Of a DNA stretch of 64,000 nucleotides, positions 1 to 11,172 are shown one piece after another (positions within the stretch are counted from its first letter, which is position 1; each line of letters begins with the position of its first letter). Location: contig NW_005434645.1 of assembly GCF_000315625.1 (NCBI RefSeq), forward strand, positions 581,033 through 645,032, given 5' to 3'. Origin of the DNA: Guillardia theta CCMP2712. Its lineage: Eukaryota > Protista > Cryptophyta. The position numbers were made by a program, and so were the translations under genes. A model generated the notes under the pieces. That model was not told the DNA's origin. It saw only the letters and a list, made by a program, of their open reading frames with translations, and searched no databases.

Positions 1-458
1 GAGTGCAGGTATCGGCTACAACAGGCGGAAAATGCCGTAAACAACGTTACGATGTTGCTCAACGCAAAGTCCCAAAGCTACAATGAGCTAGAGAAGAAGT
101 GTGAGGTGCTGGAAAAGCAGATCAAGCAACTTACCAACAGAGCAAGAACGTGTGAGACGGTATGCCGAGTGAGCAGAGTTTGTAATGGAGAATAGATGAT
201 GCATCATTTGATCAGGCGATGGGAGCGATGATGAAACGGGAAGCGGAGCTTCGATTAGAGGCTAAACAGCTCCGTGCACAACACGATGACTTTGATGAAC
301 TGATTGCAAGACCACCACCACCACCTCCTCCTCCTCCTCCTCCTCCTCCTCCTCCTCCTCCTCCTCCTCCTCCAGCTGCCAACCCCCTATCACGGCGGTC
401 ACATTCCATCCCTCGTCCTTGCACCTTCTGGCATTTCCCACCAGCCGCATCTCAATGA
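1..458 (+). CDS. 3' part of a coiled-coil protein with a poly-proline C-terminal tail (partial, spliced)
   Basis: Exon AENAVNNVTMLLNAKSQSYNELEKKCEVLEKQIKQLTNRARTCET, a short GT-AG intron (~160-215), then AMGAMMKREAELRLEAKQLRAQHDDFDELIAR(P)n to TGA at 456-458. Confidence 0.6.
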
Positions 459-572
459 CCTGATGCGGGCCTGGTATTTTCTCTCTTTCAGTTTGTCCTA
501 CCTCCCTCCTCGCTCCTCCCTCGCTCCTCCCTCGCTCTCCTCCTCACGTCACTGCCTCCTTGTCTCACGTGC

Positions 573-765
573 ATGAGGGCCAAGGGGAGCAGCTTCAGTC
601 TCCTGGTAGGCGTCAACCTCCTCAAGTTCACATCCTTGCCTCTCAGCAGGGGGTTTCATCTCACCTCTACACTTGCCATGGCGACGGCCGAGGAGTCAGC
701 GAACATGGTGCGAATGAGATATCATTCTGCTGATGGTGGTGCTCGTCCTCATGCTTCTGATTTTT

Positions 766-806
<41 letters not shown>

Positions 807-1969
807 ATTACTCCTGCTCCTCTTCGTCCCTCCTTCTCCTCCTTCTCTACTTCCTCCTTCTATTCCTCCTCCTGCAGTTGTTGCTGCCCTTTCGTTCCTT
901 TCCTTCCCCTCCTCCCATTCCTCCTTCTCCTTCTCCACCTCCTGCGGAGGCGTTGGCAGCTGCTCCTCCTGCTTCTTCTAGTGCTGCACAGCTTACACGT
1001 GGGGCCCCAGTATCTTAAGGACGGGCGAGTAACCATCTTGGCCTACGGAGCGCTTTTATCAGGCAAGAGGAGGAGAATAGTAGGATGTTTCTTAAGGGCA
1101 TGCAGAGAGGAGCGCAAGATTAACGTTTCCTCATCTTCGTGACTTTCGACTCGTGCGGGTGCAGGACCATCGCCGAGTCTTCGCTCACCCGTAGCTCCTT
1201 CTTCCTGCCTTCTCGCTGCTGCTCGGCTCCTGTCCTGCTCCCCCGCCACCTGCTCCTGTCCTGCTCCATCCGCTTCGCTCCTGCTGCAGCCTTCTCCGTC
1301 TCCACAACGCTTCAGACTCTGCTGCCTCACCTTTCTTCTCTTCCTCGCTCTCCTCGCTCTCCCTCTCTTTCTGCTCACTCGACTTCTGCTCCCCTTTCAT
1401 CTCTCAGTCTTTCTCAGACACAACTTCCTCATCCAACAAGGCATCATCGACCCATCGACGACGCTGCGCTTCGCGTCTCTCTCAGTGGAGCCCGCACTAG
1501 GGCATCAGCTGACTGCTGCCGCGTTCGAGGTGAGGCGCAGCTGGAAGGGAAGGCGGCTGAGCTGGTGCAGGTGGACATGGACGGCAAGCAGAGGCAGAGC
1601 TTTGTGGAGCGGGAGCAGGAGTATCAGTTCGGGATAGCGACGTTCACAGACATCAGAGGGGAGGGAAGGAGGGAGGGGGTCTTATGCCTCGCCAACGACG
1701 ACTCTTCCATCCCCGAGGAGACGAGGAGGAAGCTCAAAGTGCCGCTGGTGTGGGGGTGGGGAGAGAGGTCGGGGCTGGAGCCAGCATGGATCTACCTGCG
1801 ACACTGTATCCTTGCCTGCCGCAAAGGAGGAGAGGAAGCGGAGAGAAGCTTCTTGGACGAGACTTTCCTCGTCGACAGGAAGACAACCATAAGGGACTAT
1901 CTCCAGCTTCACCCCGAGGTGCTGGATTCCTCCCCTCCTCCTTACCTCGAAAGCCGCTTCAATGGTTGA
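573..1969 (+). CDS. Conserved uncharacterised algal/plant protein, probable gamma-glutamylcyclotransferase-like fold (multi-exon)
   Basis: Splices to VTILAYGALLS/ERSARLTFPHLRDFRLVRVQDHRRVFAHP/HNFLIQQGII..FASLSVEP..AFE/VDM..FVEREQEY..YLRHCILAC..FLDETFLVDRKTTIRDYL. The YG-x-L motif and RE-x-EY are GGCT-like. The 5' exon structure is uncertain. Confidence 0.7.
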
Positions 1970-2051
1970 AGTTGCTGTTGCGACAAGGAGGGAAGGAGGA
2001 AGAAGAAGGAGGGAGGGAGGGAGGGAAAAGGAAGAGAGATGCGGAGTGTCA

Positions 2052-4171
2052 TTATATTCCATGCCTGGCAATTGTCTGCGTATTCCTCGAATTGCTATCT
2101 GCCTTCATACGCAAAAGTTTCCTGCGATAGCATGAGATGCCGGCGGATGGTAAAAAGGACGATGAGGAAAACAACTTGGCGAGGAAGGGAAGAGTGAAGG
2201 AAATGGAACGTGAAAGAAAGAGCGAGAGATGCAACAAGACCTCAGAGCGTCTTTCTTCTGCTGCTCTCTTGTCTTGCTTGCTCCATGTCGATGAAAGATC
2301 AGTTTCGGCACCTGCCAGCCTTTGCCTACAGACTCGTTGAGGAGAGGACGAGAGTCGAAGCCTCAGGCTCACCGGAGAGAGGAGGAGGAGGAGCAATGGA
2401 TTTGCGGCTCGAGCCCTGTGAAGAGCGTCAAGTGGCGGGCCGCCATCCTTGCACTCAACCTGTGTGTGAGAAGAGGTCGAGGAGGAAGGAGATAAGACGG
2501 CCGGCGCATTCTTCGTCTTCCAAGTCTTCTGCAGGCGACGAATGGCATAGCTATCAGCATTTGACCAGTGCGACCGCTACCCATGACCTTCGCGTCAGCG
2601 ACGAGCAGACGTGAAGAGGAGGAGAGCATTGGAAAGAGAGGAGGGCTCTGAACAAGAGGAGGGACCGAGGAGCGGAGAGGAAGAGAGGGAACCTGCTTCG
2701 TGGGAGGTCGAGTAGCTGCATTGGACGGGTGGGATGATACATGGGATGCATGGGGAGAAGGGAGAGGAGAAGGGGGAGGAGGAAAGCGAAGCGACGACTT
2801 GGACGTATTGCTCGCAGGATGGAGGACGGAGGATTTCGGCCAGGGGACGAACTTCTTCCACTGCTTCTCCTTCACCAGACCTGCAGGGCAGGGTGAGCGA
2901 TCCAGGCAGAGGAAGGGAGGATCCCAGCAGGGCAAGGCGGCACCTTCCATTGTCCCGACGCTCTCAGCAGTCTTATAGAAGGTCTTGTCTTGATTTAGCT
3001 TGTTCACGGGTACCTGTTGTGTGCAGCTAAGGACCAAGAGAGCAAGTTCTCCTCTACCTCTACCTCTACCTCTCCCTCCTCTCTCCTCCATGTCCCTCCT
3101 CCTGCTTTTGACCATCTCAATCCTCCTCATGCTCTAGATCTTTCTCTTGCCTACGGCACTCTTCACCTTTGCCCCCTTACATTCGAGCTCTCTATCGCTC
3201 ATCTCTCTTCCTGCCCCCACACTCTCCTACTCTCACTGCCTTCCTGCCTCCCTCCTCATCCTGCCTCACCTCAGGGTGGGGAATCCATTTACGCTTCCAT
3301 GCCTCCTCCGGCTTCTTAGTCCAGCTGTTCTCCAGCTTTCCCTTGCGACCCATGTTCCACTTGCTCCTCTCCTCCTCCTCCAACTTGTTCGCCTCTGCCG
3401 ACGACTTCTTGATCAGCCCCTCCGCCTGCTTGTAGATGTGATGCGCCTGCAGCGCCTCCGAGCTGCCGGCCCGGGGCGGCGCCTTCTCGATCTCGTGCTT
3501 CCACACGTCAGCTCCCATGAAGTTGCTCCACAGGCCCACGGCGGTGACCGACAGGCCGAAGAGGATGAGGAGGAAGGAGAGGAGGACCATCTGGAAGTGG
3601 TGGGAGCCCTGCCTTGCCTTGAGGTAGAGGATGGGGGGGATGAGGTAGGTGATGGCGGAGAAGGTGACTGAGCCGAGGATGGAGAGGACGTGGCCGAAGT
3701 GAGGCACGCAGAGGGCGATCAGGCCTGTGACCAGGACCCCAAGGACCTTGAAGATGCTCAGGAGACGATCTGAGATCTCAACGTCCGCCTCTCCGTCCTT
3801 GCTCGCTCCCGCTCCGACTTCACCTGCTCCTCCCCCTACCTCTGATCCTGATAAACCCAAAACAGTCGACCACCTCCTGGCCATGGGCGAGGCTGCAAAC
3901 TTCTGCGCTACCTTGGAGAAGATCTGAGCGACGGGGAAGAACTGGAGGGGGTAGGAAAAGAAGATCACGACCACCATGAGCATCTTGACTGAGATTCCCC
4001 ACAGCCCGTGGATGTTGAGGGTGATAACACTCCTGGTGTTGTCGCCGTAGAGCCAGTAGCCCATGACCCCGAAGCCGATGAACACGACAGTGACGAGAGT
4101 CTGCGTGATGTCGAACATCCGCTCGAACAGCTCTGGCTGCAGGAGTGTAAGTTGATGAGGACGGCCATGAC

Positions 4172-4213
<42 letters not shown>

Positions 4214-5803
4214 CAGGGAAAGAAGAGGGCTGGTGGGGAACCAGGGACAGGGGCAGAAGCAGGAGCAGGTACAGCAAGTTGTGGGGGGAGAAGAAAAAGG
4301 GAGGGAGGGAGGTTGGGGGGGACACGACATCATTGAACGCATCGATTCCAGAGCTAGGCACCATCGCAAACTCTTAACCATCAGAATCATCGACAGTCTC
4401 ACCCGTTCGAGGGAGTCTTCTATCGCCAAAATCGTCGGTATCCCCTCCATGGCAAACACGGCGATCCCAACAAAGATCGGAAACGTTTGCCACCTTGCCT
4501 CCCAGTGCACCCGGCAGAACACCTGGGTGTCTGCGTCTCGATCGCAGACAGACGGGTGAACGAGTCCATGAGCTATCACAAGAGCTGAGAAAAAAGTGAT
4601 CAGAGCTCCCTGGATGTTCCCCTCGTCCTCTTCCCCTTCTTCCTGTTCTTCCTGTTCTCCTTCCTTATTCCTCGTGTTGTGACCACTCTTGTTGTTCAAT
4701 TCTCTTTCGATACCATTTCTAGTCTATGAAAGCAACTTTCATCAACTCTTCACCTACCTCTGCCACCTACTGCCCCTCCTCTTCCTCTTCCTCTTCCCCA
4801 TCCTCATCCCGGCTCTCGTCCTCGTGCTCGGGCTCACCCATTGCGGTCATCATCGCCCCTTGCGCAAAGATCAGCAGAGGAGCCATGCGGGCAAAATCTT
4901 TGAACTGGCGAAAACACACGTTAGTGTTTGTGCGTCAACCACCAGCAGACTTGATTGCTACCCACCTGCACCAGCAGACAGAACAGCATCGTGTTGCACA
5001 GCACGAAGAACACGTAGGGGTTGTACCCTCGCGTCTGCATCTCAGCATAGTTGTGGGTGGGATACAACTCCTCAACGATGGCGGTGAAAGAGACGCCAAG
5101 GAAGATATTGTATGCTATGCAAGTGCCCAGTTGGCATAGTATGACAACAAGGTTGGCCCATTTTTCTCCTAACCCTGGAGAGATCACAGCTGCTATGTGA
5201 GGGATACTTGCTACATGCTCCCCGTGGATCTTGACCATCTCTCTCTTCGTCCACACCAACAACTTGGTAGCGATGTTGGTGGTGACAGCGACAATGAAAC
5301 ACGCGATGATCCCCGCAGTTACCCCGGAGTTGCGGAACGCAAACCTGCAGCATACTCAATCACACGCTTGTCCTCCTCTCCTCCATCCTGCCCCTCTTCT
5401 CCACCCTCCTCCTCTCACGGCATGCCAAGGATCCCAACGCCGAAGCAACTCTTGAAGAAGACAATGCCACCCTGCAGAGCGAGATCATCAGTCCTCTAAG
5501 ACATCGACCTCCTCGTCTCTGCCTGCACGAGGCTTATCTTCTCTTTGACTGGCTGCTCGTCTATGATCTGGCAAGCACTCAATTACAAGCCGAAGCCTCA
5601 ACATGCGAAAGGATTCACATTTCCGAGCACATGCTCGTTGTCAAGCACGGGTCCGTGATGCTCGGCATGATGCTCCCTGAGAGCTCCTGCCTGGTAAGAC
5701 AAGCTGCTTCGAGTGAGAAGCTTCTGGAACAGTGCACAGCACAACAACACGACCTGTCTCCGTCTGCACCATGGCGCGTGCCCTGGTTCTTCACCTCCTC
5801 CAT
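2052..5803 (-). CDS. Amino-acid transporter (Aa_trans / AAAP, proton-coupled type) with a long hydrophilic C-terminal tail
   Basis: Motifs FFKSCFGVGILGMP, CQLGTCIAYNIF, FVGIAVFAMEGIPTILAIEDS, GVMGYWLYGD, FFSYPLQFFP and VPHFGHVLSILGS. Downstream exons chain in frame to TAA at 2052. Confidence 0.85.
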
Positions 5804-6319
5804 ACCAGCAGGTACCTGGGAGAATGCAACCTGATTCCCAATTGAAAGTTAGCGTTACGTTCCAACAATAAACACATCGTTGACGATCGTCCCAGGACAA
5901 GTCAAATTTGAGGGTTGCGAAATCCGTCAACATACAGATCTAGAGGATCAGCGGATACGAAATCGAAAGATCCAACACATTCAGCATGTGCACCAGCGAC
6001 ATTGCGACAATTTCGTGCAGGTTTTCAACAAAACTTACGACGATTTCACAACTTGCTGTAAATCCCTGCAGGGGTTTTCATCCAATCAGACGAAAGCAGA
6101 CGGGCTCCTATGTGAAACGAGTGTCTTTCAAGCTTGATGTCCCCTCGAGCATGACGCCTCCTGCTTCTCTCCTCCTCACGCCACCTCCCTCGTCCACGTC
6201 CAACTTCTCAAATGCAAGTTTCGCTGTTTCGGGGAACTACCATGTCACAACCAGCCCGTTACAATATGAAACTGCTCGTTACCTTCCGTTGAAATGAGAC
6301 GGTTCTAAAAGCGGCAACT

Positions 6320-6800
6320 TCGGCCTGGTGGCCGCGGGCGGCCGGCGGCCCGGCCAGTCACCGGGCCGTCGCCAGAGGCCCGGGAGTCAGTCCCGCCCCC
6401 GTCCGGGGGCCGGGCTCGGAACTCACTGAGTCAGTCGGAACCGTTCAACGGTTCCGGGGAGTACGCTGGTCACGTTACCCGACTCCGAACCGGGCAGGCC
6501 GCCCCGGCTCCGTTCGGCCGGCCCGGCCCGCGGGATTGCCCGGGCCCGGCCGCGGGCGACCGTCTTAGTACTACCGGCGGTCCTAATCTTCTTTACTCAA
6601 AGTTAAGTGAAAAATCAGTACGAGGACAATCACTGACTGAAGTGTCAGGGTCAAGCCACCTCGACTCTCGGAGGCTCCTCGAGCCGCGGAGCCTCGTGAT
6701 CTTCTTTACTCGTGATCAACGGTACCACGGGTACGCGTGTCGTTCGAGTCTCAGCCTGCACGGGCCGGGCCCGGACTTGAGTGCGGTGCCAACCGTTCAC
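6320..6800. promoter_or_regulatory. GC/CpG-rich, palindrome-dense island in a divergent intergenic region
   Basis: Dense CCGG/GGCC/CCCGGG words with TGAGTCA-like words, lying between the transporter 5' end (-) and the DPH6 5' end (+). Confidence 0.5.
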
Positions 6801-7277
6801 TGAACTCAGTTGAGGTTTTTTGAGATTTCAACTTTTCGTAAAACTTTGGCGAGTTGCTGGTACCAGAACAATTCAAAAACATATTGTATGCTTATCTATA
6901 CATTATTTTTAAAACACATTGACATTGTAAGATCTATATTTATCCATTTGTAATATCTATATTATTTTAAGGAACCCAAAGGATGTGTTTTGGAAAAACC
7001 ACTCCTGAAACGCTCCCTTCAGGAGATGTTTCGAAGGGGAGAGGCATCGTGTGCGGAGCATCGAGTATCTTCAGCGAGGTCGAGGGAGGAGGAATGGAGT
7101 TGATTGGGTAAGAACACTGTATCCTTGCCGTCTCGTCTACACAATCGTCGTCTTCCCGCTATCGGCCCCCATCAGGTGTGTACACTCGTCCCGCAAGCGC
7201 TTCTGACCATGTTGCTGCTGGTGGCTGGCAGGCTCGTCGTGACTGCAGCGCTGTTATCAACGTATCCTTCTCAAGCC

Positions 7278-10149
7278 ATGTCAAGCAAGTTCAACGTTGT
7301 CGCTCTTGTGAGCGGGGGCAAGGACAGCACCATGAACATGATTCGCTGCGAGCAGCAAGGTCACAAGATAGTAGCGCTGGCCAACCTTTTCCCGGAGGGA
7401 GAGGAGGATGAGATCGACTCTTTCATGTATCAGACCGTTGGGCATGACGCGGTCGAGAGCCTCTCGGCGTGCATGCAGCTGCCCATGTATCGCCGGCCAA
7501 TCAAGAAAGACCGTTCATTGAACCTCGAGCTGCAGTACGAGCAGACGGAAGGGGACGAGGTCGAGGAGCTGTACAAGCTGCTCAAGTTTGTTAAGAGCGA
7601 GAACCCTTCCATCAACGCCGTGGCATCAGGAGCCATCTTGTCCAACTACCAGAGGATCCGCGTCGAGACTGTCTGCATGCGACTGGGGCTGACTTCGCTG
7701 GCGTACTTATGGCAGAGCGACCAGAAGGAGCTGCTGGATGAGATTATAGAAAGCGACATAGAGGCGATATTGATTAAGATCGCATGCATCGGATTGCATC
7801 CGGGTGAGGAGAATTCTTAACTCGTTGTTCCTTGTTGCGCTTCCTCCCTGCCTGCCTACCTCCCATCCCCACTGAATATCTCCCTTCCTCCCTCCCCCCC
7901 AGCTGGAAAAGAACACATACAACTTTCCCTCGTTCTCACTCCCACCACCTCCTCTTCTCTTGATGACTCCTGGGCCAGATCGTCACCTGGGACAGACTCT
8001 TGCAGCTGCTCGGAGCACCTTGTTGAAGCTGAATGCTGACTACGGCTGTCATATCTGCGGCGAGGGAGGAGAGTATGAAACATTCACCCTCGATTGCCCT
8101 CTGTTCAAGAGCAAGATTGTGGTACAAGCCTCGACCAATATCACCTTTTTTCTATTCCTCTTTTCTCTTCGTCTTTTTCCTCATCTTATCCTTCTCCTCT
8201 TCCTTCTCCTCTTCCTCCTCTTCCTCTTCTTCCTTCTCCTCCTTTCCTTTCCTCCTCCTCCTCTTTCCACCTGTTCCTGCTCCTCCTCCTCCCCCCTCTC
8301 GTTTTGTTCTGAAGACCTTTTGCGATTGTTCAGGTGGACGAAACAAGAACTATCATGCATCAGGAGGATCACTACGCGCCTGTCGCGTACCTCAAGTTTG
8401 TCAGGTGGCACCTGGTCAGCAAGACAGAGGGAAGGGCAGCAGCAGCTCCCGACATCGTGATCGTCTCAGATGAGCTGATGGAGGACAGAAACCTGAGGAT
8501 TGACTCAGAGAACGCTCGGCGTGTTGTGGTGCCGCAGACCGTCGAGCACAAGGACATGACGCACTACATCCCGGCGTTCTCGCTGCTGTCGAGCGAGACC
8601 AAGGCGGAGATGAACGGGCGGGACGACAACAACATGTCCGTACAAGAAGAGATGCGAGCTCTGCTGGGGTTGTTGCAGGACGAGATGAAGCGGAGAAAGC
8701 TTGACTTCTCCAGCGTCTCTTTTGTCTCTCTGTACCTCCACGACATGTCAAACTTTGCAGATGTGAACAAAGTCTACAGTAATGTTTTCCCATTGAGGTA
8801 AGAGATAGAGGCGAGGAGCAAGCATGGAGGACTGAGGGGAGAGGAGTGTCGATAGAGCACGAGGTAGTACATCCTTCCCCCACCTGACATACCCTTGGCA
8901 GATGTCCAGCAGCTCGGATGTGCGTCGGCCTCCCGCTGTCGGGGAGAGGAGGAGATCGTATCATGATCGAGATTTGTGCCAACGATTGCACACAGACAAC
9001 ATTGCACGTGCAGAGCATCTCACATTGGGCGCCCTGCAACATCGGGCCGTACAGGTAGGCTGGTCTGTCAGTCATGTTTGCGTTTGACAACCCTGCCCTC
9101 CAGTCAAGCCAAGACTATCCAAGGCAAGATTGTCCATGTCAGCGGGCAGATCGCTCTTGAGCCGGCGAGCATGACGTTGGAGGGTTCAGACCCAGAGGCT
9201 CAAATCTATCAGTGCCTGAGAAACTTGGAAGTCAGTACCATGCATATCCCTCTCCTCCTCGTTGTCTCTATTTTCGTCCTCCCCCTTCGCTTTCCTTCTC
9301 CTCTTCTCACCCTCGTTTCCTCCAACTCACTTCTCCTTCTTCCTCCTCTCCCTTCTTCAAGCTGACCTTCAACCTCAGGCAATCTTGTCCGAGTGTGATT
9401 CCGCAAACCGGCTCATCTTCAAGAACTCTGTCTACATGGTTGACGTCTCGAGCGCCCTACGAGCCCAGCAGGTCCTCCACGAGTCTCTCTCCTCCGACTT
9501 CGCCCGCCCCATCACCAGCTTCATTGAGGTCTTTCCCCTCCTCTACTGGCACCCCAGCTCATTCCCAGCTACATTTTAGGTTTCAAGTCTCCCACGAGGG
9601 GCGCTGGTCGAGTTGCAGGTGGCTGCCTTCACCACCTCGCTGGCCCGCGGGAGCCTGGTAGACGTTCCCAGCTGGTTGTCTGCTGGGCTCTCACCAGGGT
9701 GGCAGGCTGAAAAGTTCGTCTCGAGGGAGAGTAGGGAAGGGATGCTGAGCCTGAGCTGCGGCATGCTTGCGTCCTGCTGGTCCTTCGTCGCCCTCATGGA
9801 CACGGAGGCCGCAAACTGCTGCGAGGACGCGATGAGGTGAGGAGGCCGAGGATGGTTCCAGCTGACGCTCTGCTGGTATCGCAGGATGATCGAGGCAGCA
9901 GTGGATGACATGATTGAGTTCGAGCTGGACGCCCAGGACGTGTCAACTTGCCGCATGTGGTATGTGAATGAGTCGCTTCCCCCGGCTGCAGTCCAACAGC
10001 TCAGCCTTGCCCTCCGGTCCCAGCAGAAGCTCCAGAAGGTCTCGCTGCTGCCGGCGAACGGCCTTGGGGTAGAGGACGAGGATCGGGTAACGCGAGGAGA
10101 CCTCCTCCTAGAGGTTAGCGGGGTCAAGCTCCGCACCACCCACCAGTAA
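7278..10149 (+). CDS. DPH6: Diphthine-ammonia ligase with C-terminal YjgF/RidA-like domains
   Basis: VVALVSGGKDS, EIDSFMYQTVG, GDEVEELY, GAILSNYQRIRVE, HICGEGGEYETFTLDCPLF. RidA-like parts: LYLHDMSNFADVNKVY, LHVQSISHWAPCNIGPYSQA, VSGQIALEPASM, LPRGALVE. Confidence 0.95.
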
Positions 10150-10394
10150 ATAGCAAACAACTAGATGCTCTTCCATTTCCTTCCCTCCCTCCCTCCCTCC
10201 TCTGCTCCCTCCCTCTCTCCCTCCACTCTCCTTCCCCAGCTTCCACTTTGATCTCTCCAGTTTGTCTCATGCACAAACAGTTCATCGGAAATCATGGGAC
10301 CATTACTTTATGTCACTGCAAGCTCTCCTCCTCCTCCTCTCCCTTCGCAGCTCCGTTATTCTGCTCCGTCAAAGTCATCGTGACGCAACCCATG

Positions 10395-10481
10395 TCACTC
10401 GTTCACCTCATCGTTTCGTTGCGCCTCTTGCTCGGCTGAATGCGATTCATGCCCCTCCTCCCCTTTCACCAATCCATTCCT

Positions 10482-10538
<57 letters not shown>

Positions 10539-11135
10539 GTTTGTGTCCTGTTGTTGCTCCTTCTCCTGCTGCTCCTGCTCCTCCTCCTGCACCTGCCCCG
10601 CGCTCTCCCCCTTCGCCTCTCCCTCCTGCTCCTCGTCATCCTCTTCATCCACGTGCTTGTGCGTCTCCTGGCATCAGCGTCATTGCAAGGCTCCGCCTCC
10701 TCCTGTCTGACCGTCTCTGTGTGGGAGTCTTCCGAGCTCTCTTGCGACTGCTGAAGGAAGCCTCCTGCTAACGTGATGTTGTCATGAGATGAGAGAGGCA
10801 GAGAGAAGGCGAAGTAGAGGAGTGGGGAGGACAGGACAGGACAGGACAGGACAGGACAGGAGCGGGGATGGAAAGAGAAGAGGACGGAACAGAGGAAGGA
10901 GCGAGGAGCAGAGGGAAGGGAGGAGAGGGTAGGAAGCAAACCTCTTTTCCGTTGTAATCAGCTGAGCTTGTCTCTGTCATGCTCGCAAAACTTCCGCCTG
11001 CTCGACAAGAAACGACAGTAAGAGGAGACAAAGTGCGATAAGGGTGTGTGAGAGGGAGCCAAGCAGAGAAGAAGATAGGAGAGAGAGGAAACGAGGAGGT
11101 AGGGGCGGAGGACGAGAAACGAGACAGGAGGAAGA

Positions 11136-11172
<37 letters not shown>

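Noticed and set aside
4175-4215. Poly-His / poly-Met tract in the ORF track
   Set aside because: It is an (ATG/CAT)n microsatellite inside a transporter intron.
8560-10149. DPH6-RidA fusion as a novelty
   Set aside because: C-terminal YjgF/RidA-like domains are already known in fungal and plant Dph6.
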